A stretch of 64,000 nucleotides of DNA from Steroidobacteraceae bacterium (GTDB lineage: Bacteria; Pseudomonadota; Gammaproteobacteria; Steroidobacterales; Steroidobacteraceae). Positions 20,251 to 28,638 of the stretch are shown one piece after another. Both the position numbers and the translations under genes were made by a program. Location: NCBI GenBank assembly GCA_041395605.1, contig JAWLAD010000009.1, positions 14,707-78,706 on the forward strand. Direction: 5' to 3'. Numbering within the stretch: position 1 is the first letter of the stretch; each line of letters begins with the position of its first letter. The notes below the pieces were generated by a model. The model was not told where the DNA came from. It saw only the letters and a program-made list of their open reading frames with translations, and made no database searches.

Positions 20251-21048
20251 ATGCAGCCGACGTTGTTCCTGTCACATGGTTCGCCACTGCAGGCGCTGCC
20301 CGACAGCCACGCCGGCCCCGTGTGGCGCGCGTTCGCCGCCGGGCTGCCGCGGCCGAACGCGGCGCTGGTGGTGTCCGCGCACTGGGAATCGGCGTCGCCG
20401 CTCGTGTCCGGCAACGCCGGTTCGGAAACCGTGCACGACTTCGGTGGCTTCCCGGCGCCGCTGTACTCGCTGCGCTATCCGGCTCCGCCGGCGGCCGACC
20501 ACGCCGCACGGGTCGTCGACCTGCTACGCACCGCCGGCATGACCGCGACCGCCGACAGTCGCCGGGGACTCGACCACGGCGCATGGGTGCCGCTGCGCTG
20601 GATGTACCCGGCCGCCGACCTGCCGATCGTGCAGCTGTCGGTACAGACGGCACTCGGCCCGGCGCAGCACCTGCAGCTTGGCCAGGCACTCGCGGGCCTG
20701 CCGCGCGAGAACATCCTCGTGATCGGGTCGGGCCACGCCACGCACAACTTGCGCGAGGCATTTGCGGCGCGGACGAATCCCGCAGCACTGCGCTACGTCG
20801 ACGAGTTCGCCGACTGGCTGCACGCCGCGCTGGTCGCGGGCGACCACGAGACGTTGCTCGACTACCGTCGCCGCGCGCCCGGCGCAGCCCGCGCCCACCC
20901 GACCGAAGAGCACCTGCTGCCCTTGTTCGTGGCGCTCGGCGCCGCAGGGCACGCGGCGCGTGCCAGCCGCTGGTTCGAGGGTCGCGAAGGCCCGGCGCTG
21001 GCGCTGGACTCCTGGCGCTTCGACCCAATCGGCACCGACACGATCTGA
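20251..21048 (+). CDS. class III extradiol dioxygenase (4,5-DOPA dioxygenase / YgiD-like)
   Basis: ORF of 265 aa. The sequence MQPTLFLSHGSP...VVSAHWE...VHDFGGFP...LDHGAWVPL...VIGSGHATHNL...HPTEEHLLPLF is the characteristic LigB/YgiD-family pattern. It starts 3 nt after the DoxX stop. Confidence 0.85.
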   Translation: MQPTLFLSHGSPLQALPDSHAGPVWRAFAAGLPRPNAALVVSAHWESASPLVSGNAGSETVHDFGGFPAPLYSLRYPAPPAADHAARVVDLLRTAGMTATADSRRGLDHGAWVPLRWMYPAADLPIVQLSVQTALGPAQHLQLGQALAGLPRENILVIGSGHATHNLREAFAARTNPAALRYVDEFADWLHAALVAGDHETLLDYRRRAPGAARAHPTEEHLLPLFVALGAAGHAARASRWFEGREGPALALDSWRFDPIGTDTI

Positions 21049-21146
21049 TCCGCCGCCGCCAGCGCGGCCGCCCCACAGACGCGACGCGCTGGCCACGCGG
21101 CGCGCGCCCCTTGACGCCCGCTCGGGCTATCCCTGATCTTTCTGCC

Positions 21147-23366
21147 ATGACTTCCCCTGTCACGCAGTTGCGCGCGGATATCGACCCGCTCGCCAGCCTC
21201 GACCCGGTGTTGCTCAGCGCACTCGCCGCCGGCGCCCACGAAATGATCTCCGTGCTCGACATGGACCAGCGCATCCTGTGGTGCGGCGGCGCTGTCGAAG
21301 CGATCTCGGGCTACTCGCCCGCCGAGCGCATCGGGAAGTACGCGACGGATTTCATCCACCCGGATGATCGCGACTACGCGCGCGAGCGCACGCGGGAATT
21401 CATCACCCATTCGTCGGGGCAGGTACGCTCCGAAACGATGTCGGTTCGCAGCCTGCATCGCGACGGCAGCCTCCGGCACGTGGAGATCGCCGGCACGCGG
21501 CTGCTTCGCCATGGCGCACCTGCGCTGCTGGTCGTGCACACGCGCGATGTCACGCAGGAGGCACGCGCGCTGGAGCGGACCGCACGCGCCGAACTGCGGC
21601 TCGAGACGGCGCTGTGGGGTGCCGACGTCTTCGTCTGGCAGCTCGACAACACGACCGGCGAGCTGACGACATTGGGCGAGGCTGCGTTCGAGAAGCATGG
21701 CATCGCAGCTTGCCTCGGCAGCGACCATGTCGAGCGCTGGCTGCAGCAGGTGCACCCCGACGACCTGGGCGCGCTGCGCGAGGCCTACGCCAGGCAGGAT
21801 TCCGGGACGGTCGCCCGCTACGAAATTGCGTACCGCGTGCGCACGCGCGACGGCAACTGGTCCTGGGTGCTGGAGCGTTCACGCATCAGCGCGCGCAATC
21901 CGGACGCGACGGCGCGGATCATCTGCGGCGTCTGCCTGTCGATCGACGACACCCGCCGGCTCGAGCAAGACCTGCGCGCCGCGCACGAGCGCCTGCGGCT
22001 GGCGATGGGCGCGGGCGGCATCGGTGCATGGGACTGGGACCTCGACAGCGACAGCGTCCGGTTTTCGCCGGAATGGCGCGATGTCATGGGACTGCAGGCC
22101 AGCGGTTCACCAACAGACTGGGTACAACGGCAGCTGTCACCGTTGGACACCACCCATCCGGACGATCAGCCCGAAGTCGAGGCGAGCTTTCGCGACGTGC
22201 TGGCCGGCATCACCAGACAATTCAGCTACGAAGTACGCCGCCAGCATGGCTCGGGCCAGTGGCGCTGGATGCGCACCACGGGCACCGTCGTCGCCACCCA
22301 TGCCGACGGCCGCCCGCAACGCATCGTCGGCATCATCCAGGATGTCCACGAGCGCCGCAGTCGTGAAGAAGCGCTGCGCGGCGATGCGCACCTGCAGGCC
22401 GACGTCATCGAGAACGTCCCGGCATGCATCGTGCTGATCGACGATTCGCTGCAGGTCCGTTACGCGACGCGCGAACTGCTCGGCTTCGAACCCGCGGCGA
22501 TGCGCGGCCTCAACGTACTGGAGTTCTTCGGCCCCGACTGGCAGGGACAGATCCGCAGTGGCCTGCAGCGCGCCGCGACGGAACAGCGCAACGTGGAGAT
22601 CGAGGGCGTCGTGCCGGCGTCGCAGGCACTGGCCGAACGCCGCTACCGGTTGCACATCGCACCGGTCAGCGGACGCGAACGGGATGTCCGCTGGTGTGTC
22701 GTGATACGCGATATCTCGAAGGCGCTGCGCGACGAAACGCAGGCGTTCCGCTCGATCGGCTTCGACCTGCAGCGCATCGGCCACGATCTGCGCGAAAGCG
22801 TTGGCCAGCAACTGACCGGCACGGCGATGCTCATGCAGTCTCTGAGCGCCGACCTCGAACGCACCAACAGCGCGCACGCCGGCGACGCCTCGAGGATCGC
22901 GACACTGCTGAACCACACGATCGATGATGTGCGCGGCCTGTCGCGCAGCCTCTCGCCGGTCGGCGTCGCACCGGCGGGCCTGCCCGCCGCATTGCAGGGC
23001 CTTGCCGAGCACGCCCGCGCCGTCGCCGTCATCGACGCGCGGTGCCAGATCGACATCGCCCCGGGGCGGGCGCTCGACGCGATCGAGGCCGACCACCTGT
23101 TCGGCATTGCGCAGGAAGCGGTCACCAACGCGACGCGCCATGCGCGGGCGACGCAGCTGTGGATCCGCCTGGCTGTCAGCGAACGGCGCATCGAGCTCGA
23201 GATCAGCGACGATGGCGCAGGCATCGATGACGTCTCGAGTTCGGTCGGCCTGACACGCGGCCTCGCACTGATGACGCACCGGGCGCGCGCGATCGGGGCG
23301 ACGCTCAGCGTCTCGCGGCGCTCGCCGGTTGGCACATCGGTGCGCTGCCTGCGCGTCGCGACCTGA
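21147..23366 (+). CDS. cytoplasmic multi-PAS sensor histidine kinase (HisKA_3 / NarX-type core)
   Basis: Inner ATG of the 1234-aa ORF 19662-23366. Its upstream 495 codons overlap DoxX and the dioxygenase in a shadow frame. It has three to four PAS modules (e.g. HPDDRDYARER..., VHPDDLGALREAY..., THPDDQPEVEASF...). The H-box is IGHDLRESVGQQLTG, and an HATPase domain follows (EAVTNATRHA...ISDDGAGI). Confidence 0.85.
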   Translation: MTSPVTQLRADIDPLASLDPVLLSALAAGAHEMISVLDMDQRILWCGGAVEAISGYSPAERIGKYATDFIHPDDRDYARERTREFITHSSGQVRSETMSVRSLHRDGSLRHVEIAGTRLLRHGAPALLVVHTRDVTQEARALERTARAELRLETALWGADVFVWQLDNTTGELTTLGEAAFEKHGIAACLGSDHVERWLQQVHPDDLGALREAYARQDSGTVARYEIAYRVRTRDGNWSWVLERSRISARNPDATARIICGVCLSIDDTRRLEQDLRAAHERLRLAMGAGGIGAWDWDLDSDSVRFSPEWRDVMGLQASGSPTDWVQRQLSPLDTTHPDDQPEVEASFRDVLAGITRQFSYEVRRQHGSGQWRWMRTTGTVVATHADGRPQRIVGIIQDVHERRSREEALRGDAHLQADVIENVPACIVLIDDSLQVRYATRELLGFEPAAMRGLNVLEFFGPDWQGQIRSGLQRAATEQRNVEIEGVVPASQALAERRYRLHIAPVSGRERDVRWCVVIRDISKALRDETQAFRSIGFDLQRIGHDLRESVGQQLTGTAMLMQSLSADLERTNSAHAGDASRIATLLNHTIDDVRGLSRSLSPVGVAPAGLPAALQGLAEHARAVAVIDARCQIDIAPGRALDAIEADHLFGIAQEAVTNATRHARATQLWIRLAVSERRIELEISDDGAGIDDVSSSVGLTRGLALMTHRARAIGATLSVSRRSPVGTSVRCLRVAT

Positions 23367-23381
23367 GCCGCGCGGGGCGTT

Positions 23382-24158
23382 TCACTCGTCGAAGCGCAGG
23401 TGCTTGACGCTCTTGCCGTGACGGCGGATCAGCTTCAGGGCCTCGACGCCGATGCGGATGTGGCGTTCGACGAATCCTTCGGTGACTCGCCGGTCCGACG
23501 CCTCGGTCTTCACGCCCTCCGGGATCATCGGCTGGTCGCTGACCAGCAGCAGCGCCCCGGCCGGAATGCCGTTGGCGAAACCCGCCGCGAAGATCGTCGC
23601 CGTCTCCATGTCTATCGCCATGCAGCGGGTGCGCCTGAGGTATTCCTTGAAATCGTCGTCGTGCTCCCAGACGCGGCGGTTGGTCGTGTAGACCGTCCCC
23701 GTCCAGTAGTCGCAGTCAAGGTCGCGGATCATGGTGGAGACGGCCCGTTGCAGGCTGAACGCAGGCAGCGCAGGCACTTCCGGCGGCAGGTAGTCGTTGG
23801 AGGTGCCCTCGCCGCGGATCGCGGCGATCGGCAGCACCAGGTCGCCGATCTGGTTTTTCTTCTTCAGTCCGCCGCACTTGCCGAGCAGCAGGACCGCCTT
23901 CGGTGAAATCGCCGACAGCAGGTCCATGACGGTCGCCGCATTCGCGCTGCCCATGCCGAAGTTGATCATCGTGATGCCGTCGGCGGTGGCGTGCGGCATC
24001 GGTCGCTCGCGACCGACGATGGGCACTGCGGCGGCACTGGCAAACAGCTCGAGATAGTGGCCGAAGTTCGTCAGCAGGATGTGCTCGCCGAACTCGGTCA
24101 GCGCGGCACCGGTGTAGCGCGGCAGCCAGTTGTCGACGATTTCTTTCTTGGTTTTCAT
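23382..24158 (-). CDS. AMP nucleosidase-like nucleoside phosphorylase family protein (short form)
   Basis: Inner ATG of ORF 23382-24239 (MKTKKEIVDNWLPRYTG...). It has PNP_UDP_1-type sequence (GMGSANAATVMDLL...LLLGKCGGL...AIDMETATIF). Confidence 0.7.
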   Translation of the reverse strand: MKTKKEIVDNWLPRYTGAALTEFGEHILLTNFGHYLELFASAAAVPIVGRERPMPHATADGITMINFGMGSANAATVMDLLSAISPKAVLLLGKCGGLKKKNQIGDLVLPIAAIRGEGTSNDYLPPEVPALPAFSLQRAVSTMIRDLDCDYWTGTVYTTNRRVWEHDDDFKEYLRRTRCMAIDMETATIFAAGFANGIPAGALLLVSDQPMIPEGVKTEASDRRVTEGFVERHIRIGVEALKLIRRHGKSVKHLRFDE

Positions 24159-24221
24159 CGACCTAGTGTAGGCCGCCGCCGGTTCTAGGCAAGGTCGTGC
24201 GGCGGGCCTACACTGCGATGC

Positions 24222-25817
24222 ATGAACGCGCCATTGCATCGGGCCTGCGTGCGCCCGCTGGTCCTCGCGACCCTGTTCGTCGCCGCCCTAAGCGGCTGCG
24301 GCGTCAATCCCGTGACCGGCAAGAAGGAGATCCAGTTGATCTCCGAGTCGCAGGAAGTGCAGATCGGCGTGCAGAACTACCTGCTGACGCGCCAGTCGCA
24401 GGGCGGTGACTGGAAGCTCGATGCCGACCTGACGACCTACGTGCAGCAGGTCGGCGCGCGGCTGGCCGCGGTCTCCGATCGCCAGCTGCCGTACGAGTTC
24501 GCGGTGCTAAACAGTTCGGTGCCGAATGCGTGGGCGCTGCCGGGCGGCAAGATCGCGGTCAACCGCGGCCTGCTGACCGCACTCGACAACGAAGCGGAAC
24601 TTGCCGCCGTGATCGGCCATGAGATCGTGCACGCCGCGGCGCGTCACGGCGCGAAGGCCCAGGAGCGCGGCATCTTCCTTCAGGCCGGCATGATTGCCGC
24701 GCAGATCGGCGTCGCCGCGAGCGATATCAATGGCAACCTCGGCAATCTGCTGGTGCAGGGCGCGGGCGTCGGCGCGCAACTCGTGTCGCTGCGCTACGGG
24801 CGCGAAGCGGAACTCGAGGCAGACCACTACGGCACGCGTTACCTGAAGGCCGCCGGCTACGATCCGTCGGCGGCAGTCACGTTGCAGCAGAAATTCGTCA
24901 AGCTCGCGGAAGCGGATGGGCGGGCACGACAAGGCTGGCTGGACGGCCTGTTCGCATCGCACCCGCCATCGGTGGAACGCGTGCAGCGCAACGAACAGAC
25001 GGTCGCGGCGCTGGGCAGCGGTGGCGAACTCGGGCGCGAACGCTACACCGCCCGGCTCACGCCGCTGCGCGCGATGCAGCCGGCTTACGACAAGGCCGAT
25101 GCCGCGCTGGCCGCCGCCAACGCCAAGGACCTGCCGCGCGCCCGCGCTCTCGCCGCGGAGGCCGTGCGCCTGCTGCCGCGCGAGGCGCGCTTCCACCAGC
25201 TGCAAGGCGACCTCGCGCTTGCCGCGAAGGAGACCCAGGCGGCGAGCGCGTTCTACGAAAAGTCGATGCAGCTCGACCCGGACTACTTCGGCCCCTGGCT
25301 GGGCGGCGGTATTGCCGCCTATCGCGGCGGTGACCGGGCGCGCGCCGAGCAGTGGCTGCGCCGCAGCGCCGAACTGCTGCCGACCGCACCAGCGCTCTAC
25401 TACCTAGGCAGCATCGCCCGCGATTCCGGTCGCATGGACGAAGCCCTGGGCTTCTTCCGCAATGCAGCTGCCTCCAACAGCGAGATCGGCCGTCAGGCCG
25501 CGACCGACTACGCCGTGCTCGACATGCCGCGCAACCCCGCGAACTACGTCGCGACGGCCGCGCAGTTGGATGCGCGCGGCACGCTGGTCGCGATCATCGA
25601 GAACCGCTCGCCGGTGGCGATCGCCGAGCTGGTCCTGACGCCGGTCGTGCTCGATGCCGCGGGTCGCGTCGTCGAACAGGGTCGCGCCCTCCGCCACACG
25701 CGCCAGCTGCCGGCTGGCGAGCGGACCGCCATCGATACCGGCGTCGGCCCGATGACCGCCGAGGCGCTGCAGCGCGTCCGCATCCGGATCGACTCCGCCC
25801 GGCCCCTGTCCCGCTGA
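24222..25817 (+). CDS. M48 family metalloprotease lipoprotein with C-terminal TPR region
   Basis: ORF of 531 aa. It has a lipobox (VAALSGCG), a zinc motif HEIVH within AAVIGHEIVHAAARH, and TPR-like repeats downstream. Confidence 0.85.
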   Translation: MNAPLHRACVRPLVLATLFVAALSGCGVNPVTGKKEIQLISESQEVQIGVQNYLLTRQSQGGDWKLDADLTTYVQQVGARLAAVSDRQLPYEFAVLNSSVPNAWALPGGKIAVNRGLLTALDNEAELAAVIGHEIVHAAARHGAKAQERGIFLQAGMIAAQIGVAASDINGNLGNLLVQGAGVGAQLVSLRYGREAELEADHYGTRYLKAAGYDPSAAVTLQQKFVKLAEADGRARQGWLDGLFASHPPSVERVQRNEQTVAALGSGGELGRERYTARLTPLRAMQPAYDKADAALAAANAKDLPRARALAAEAVRLLPREARFHQLQGDLALAAKETQAASAFYEKSMQLDPDYFGPWLGGGIAAYRGGDRARAEQWLRRSAELLPTAPALYYLGSIARDSGRMDEALGFFRNAAASNSEIGRQAATDYAVLDMPRNPANYVATAAQLDARGTLVAIIENRSPVAIAELVLTPVVLDAAGRVVEQGRALRHTRQLPAGERTAIDTGVGPMTAEALQRVRIRIDSARPLSR

Positions 25818-25993
25818 CTCGCCCGCCCCGCCGTCTGTGGGGCGGCGAACGCGACCCAGGCCGCGGCGGCGGCAAGCCACTGCCACCCGCGCGACATTGG
25901 GCAGCTCCCGGGACTGAGCAAGCCGCCCTCAAGGGTTTCCCGCAACGCGCCGTTACAGGAGCGTCCCCCGGCAGGATCACAGCGGCGCATCGC

Positions 25994-27439
25994 ATGTCAG
26001 ACAGCGACTGGAAATCCAGGTACTTCAACGCGATTCGCGACATGGAGGACGAGGAGAAGCGCTATCGCGCGATCGAAAGCGCGCTGCGCCGGGTCGTCTC
26101 CCGCCTGTGCATCGCCGCGCAGGGTCAGGACGACTTGCTCGACGCGAACCTTTCGCAAATCAGCAGCGCCAACCATCGCAACGCCGGCGCCGGCGAGCTG
26201 GACAACCTGCTGCAATCGCTGCGGGATACGGTCGCCGATATCGATCGACGACGTGCGATCACGCAGACATCGAGCCGGCCGGCGACCGTCGCCGCCGCGG
26301 CGCCACCGCCAGCCAGCGCGCCCACCGCGGCACCGACGCCGCCTCCGACGCCAACTCCGACGCCAACTTCGACGGCGCCGCGCAGCGCCCTGTGGGAGGA
26401 GGCCCGCAAGACCGTCATGACGCTGCTGCCGCGCCTCAGCACCGGCACGGACGACGCCGCGGCGAAGCAGGTCGAGGAGCTGCTGGCGCAGCTCGCATCG
26501 GTGCAGGACGACGCCGCGCTCGCCCGCCTGCTGACCGCGGCCGCGGACCTCGCGCTCGCGCGCAGCGACCGCCTGCTGCGCGAGCGCGACCAGGCCACGG
26601 CGCTGCTGGCGCAGGTCACGCAGCGGCTGGAGGAAGTCTCGACTTTCCTGACCGGCGACGAGCAGAACCGGCGCAGCACGCTCGGCGATGCCGAGGAACT
26701 GAACACCCGGGTGCTGAACCAGGTCAGCGAACTGAACGACGAAGTGCGTGTTGCGCGTGATCTCGAACCGCTGAAGCAACTGATCGGCGAACGCGTCGAG
26801 GCGATCGCCAGCCAGGTGCGCCAGTTCCGCGAGCGCGAGGAAGGCCGCTTCCTCGAACAGTCGGAGCGCACGCAGCGCATGAACGCACGCGTCGCGGAAC
26901 TCGAACGCCAGACCCGCGACCTGCACCGTTCGCTGCACCAGGAGCGACGCCGCGCGCGGCTCGATGCCCTGACCGGGATCCCGAACCGCATCTCCTTCGA
27001 TGAACGACTGGCCGAGGAGATCGAGCGCTGGAAGCGATTCGGCAACCCGGTCTGCGTGCTGGTCTGGGACATCGACCGCTTCAAGCACATCAACGACACC
27101 TATGGGCATCGCGCCGGCGACCGCGTGCTGCGCGAAGTCGCGAAGTGCTTCGAGGGACGGCTGCGCAGCACCGATATCGTCGCGCGCTTCGGCGGCGAGG
27201 AGTTCGTCATGCTGCTGATCGGCACGCAGCTCACCGATGCGCATCGCAAGGCCGATGACCTGCGAAAGGCGATCGGTGACCTGAAGTTCCACTTTCGCGG
27301 CGAACCGATCCGCGTGACGGTGTCCTGCGGGATCACGGAACTGCGTCCCGGTGACGAGGCCGGCGATGTGTTCGATCGTGCCGACAAGGCACTCTACAGC
27401 GCCAAGGATGGCGGTCGCGACGCCTGCGTCGCGGCCTGA
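25994..27439 (+). CDS. diguanylate cyclase (GGEEF) with long coiled-coil / low-complexity N-terminal region
   Basis: Inner ATG of ORF 25352-27439 (MSDSDWKSRYFNAIRDMEDEEKRY...). The GGDEF domain carries RFGGEEF, with an RxxD I-site (RSTD) five residues upstream. Confidence 0.85.
   Translation: MSDSDWKSRYFNAIRDMEDEEKRYRAIESALRRVVSRLCIAAQGQDDLLDANLSQISSANHRNAGAGELDNLLQSLRDTVADIDRRRAITQTSSRPATVAAAAPPPASAPTAAPTPPPTPTPTPTSTAPRSALWEEARKTVMTLLPRLSTGTDDAAAKQVEELLAQLASVQDDAALARLLTAAADLALARSDRLLRERDQATALLAQVTQRLEEVSTFLTGDEQNRRSTLGDAEELNTRVLNQVSELNDEVRVARDLEPLKQLIGERVEAIASQVRQFREREEGRFLEQSERTQRMNARVAELERQTRDLHRSLHQERRRARLDALTGIPNRISFDERLAEEIERWKRFGNPVCVLVWDIDRFKHINDTYGHRAGDRVLREVAKCFEGRLRSTDIVARFGGEEFVMLLIGTQLTDAHRKADDLRKAIGDLKFHFRGEPIRVTVSCGITELRPGDEAGDVFDRADKALYSAKDGGRDACVAA
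26333..26380 (+). repeat. imperfect 12-nt tandem repeat x4 encoding a Pro/Thr linker inside the cyclase gene
   Basis: The units read directly as ccgacgccgcct / ccgacgccaact / ccgacgccaact / tcgacggcgccg. They translate to PTPPPTPTPTPTSTAP. Confidence 0.6.
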
Positions 27440-27441
27440 GG

Positions 27442-28599
27442 CTACTTGCGGTCCGGGCCGAGCGCGTCCGAGAGGTCGCGCGGCAGGTGGCCGGCGCGCT
27501 CCTGCTTGACCTGGATGTAGCGCGCGTTGTGGCGGTTGATCCGCCCGTGCAGCGGCTCCTGCGCGACGACGTCGATGCCGGCCGCACGCAACGCCTTGAC
27601 CTTCCAGGGATTGCTGGTCAGCAACCGGATCCGCGACAGACCCAGCGCCCGCAGCATCTGCGCGGCCATGTCGAAGCTGCGTTCGTCGGCCTGGAATCCC
27701 AGGTGGTTGTTGGCATCGAGCGTATCGAGCCCGGCATCCTGCAGGCGGTACGCACGCAGCTTGCTCGCGAGGCCAATCCCACGCCCTTCCTGCGACAGGT
27801 ACAGCAGCACGCCACCGCCTTCGCCGGAGAGCTGCTGCACGGCGCGACGCAGCTGGTCGCCGCAGTCGCATCGCAGGCTGCCGAGCAGATCGCCGGTCAG
27901 GCAGGACGAGTGCATTCGCACGCGCACCGGCGTCGTCGCCACCGGCCGGCCGAGGATCACCGCGAGGTGCTCGGTGCCATTGCGCGCGTCACGAAAGACC
28001 ACCAGTTCGCAATCCTCGTTGTCCTCCAGCGGCACGCGCGCATCGCTGACGCGCTCGAGGTCGGCGTCCTGTGGTTGTTCGAAGCGCGCGATGTCGGCAG
28101 CGTCGACACGCAGCATGTCCGCCGGCACCTCGGCCGCAGCGCTGTCGAACGCCACCGCCACCACGGCCGGCAGCAGGCCCGCATGTTTCGCAAGTGACGC
28201 CGCGGCCACCGCCGACGGTACGGCCGGCTCGCGCGACAGCGTGGCCGCCAGCGCCGACAGCGTCGGCGTGATCGCGCCGGCGGTCAGTGCCATGACGAGC
28301 GCGGCGTCGGCGTCGGCCGGCAGCAGCAGCCGCGTCGCCGCCGCACCGCTGTCGACCGCCAGCGCCACCGCCCGATCCTGCGCGAGGACCAGCGCCAGCG
28401 GCGCCCGCGCGCGCAGCCCGGTGAGCACCGTCTGGCGCGCCGTTTCCGCAGCCGCGACGAGCACTGCAACCGCATCCGGCGCCGCGCTGACGCAGACGAC
28501 GCGGCCACGGCGCAGCTCGCCGACCGCACGGTCGACCGCGAGCAGGGCCATATCGCCATTGAGGCGATCCAGGGGCGGAGTCAGGGTCACGGTGGGCAT
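27442..28599 (-). CDS. ribA: GTP cyclohydrolase II with ~180-aa N-terminal extension
   Basis: ORF of 385 aa. The C-terminal half carries the RibA zinc/catalytic pattern (VRMHSSCLTGDLLGSLRCDCGDQL...LYLSQEGRGIGL...). I do not see the DHBP-synthase motifs of RibBA fusions in the N-terminal half. Confidence 0.8.
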   Translation of the reverse strand: MPTVTLTPPLDRLNGDMALLAVDRAVGELRRGRVVCVSAAPDAVAVLVAAAETARQTVLTGLRARAPLALVLAQDRAVALAVDSGAAATRLLLPADADAALVMALTAGAITPTLSALAATLSREPAVPSAVAAASLAKHAGLLPAVVAVAFDSAAAEVPADMLRVDAADIARFEQPQDADLERVSDARVPLEDNEDCELVVFRDARNGTEHLAVILGRPVATTPVRVRMHSSCLTGDLLGSLRCDCGDQLRRAVQQLSGEGGGVLLYLSQEGRGIGLASKLRAYRLQDAGLDTLDANNHLGFQADERSFDMAAQMLRALGLSRIRLLTSNPWKVKALRAAGIDVVAQEPLHGRINRHNARYIQVKQERAGHLPRDLSDALGPDRK

Positions 28600-28638
28600 C
28601 GGTGGCTGGCGGGCCGCATAGGATAGCCCGTTCCGCCG

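Noticed and set aside
19662-21146. N-terminal 495 codons of the 1234-aa ORF 19662-23366
   Set aside because: It overlaps DoxX and the extradiol dioxygenase in another frame and reads as Arg/Pro/Ala repeats. The kinase begins at the internal ATG 21147.
25825-25850. Inverted repeat CCGCCCC-N9-GGGGCGG after the M48 protease gene as a terminator
   Set aside because: There is no U-tract and the loop is 9 nt, so confidence is low. I did not report it as a feature.
26333-26380. Short tandem repeats as a CRISPR-like or minisatellite element
   Set aside because: The units are only 12 nt long, contiguous without spacers, and in frame inside a coding Pro/Thr linker.
25997-27871. 624-aa minus-strand ORF antisense to the diguanylate cyclase
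   Set aside because: It has no domain content and is antisense to a gene with a clear GGEEF domain.
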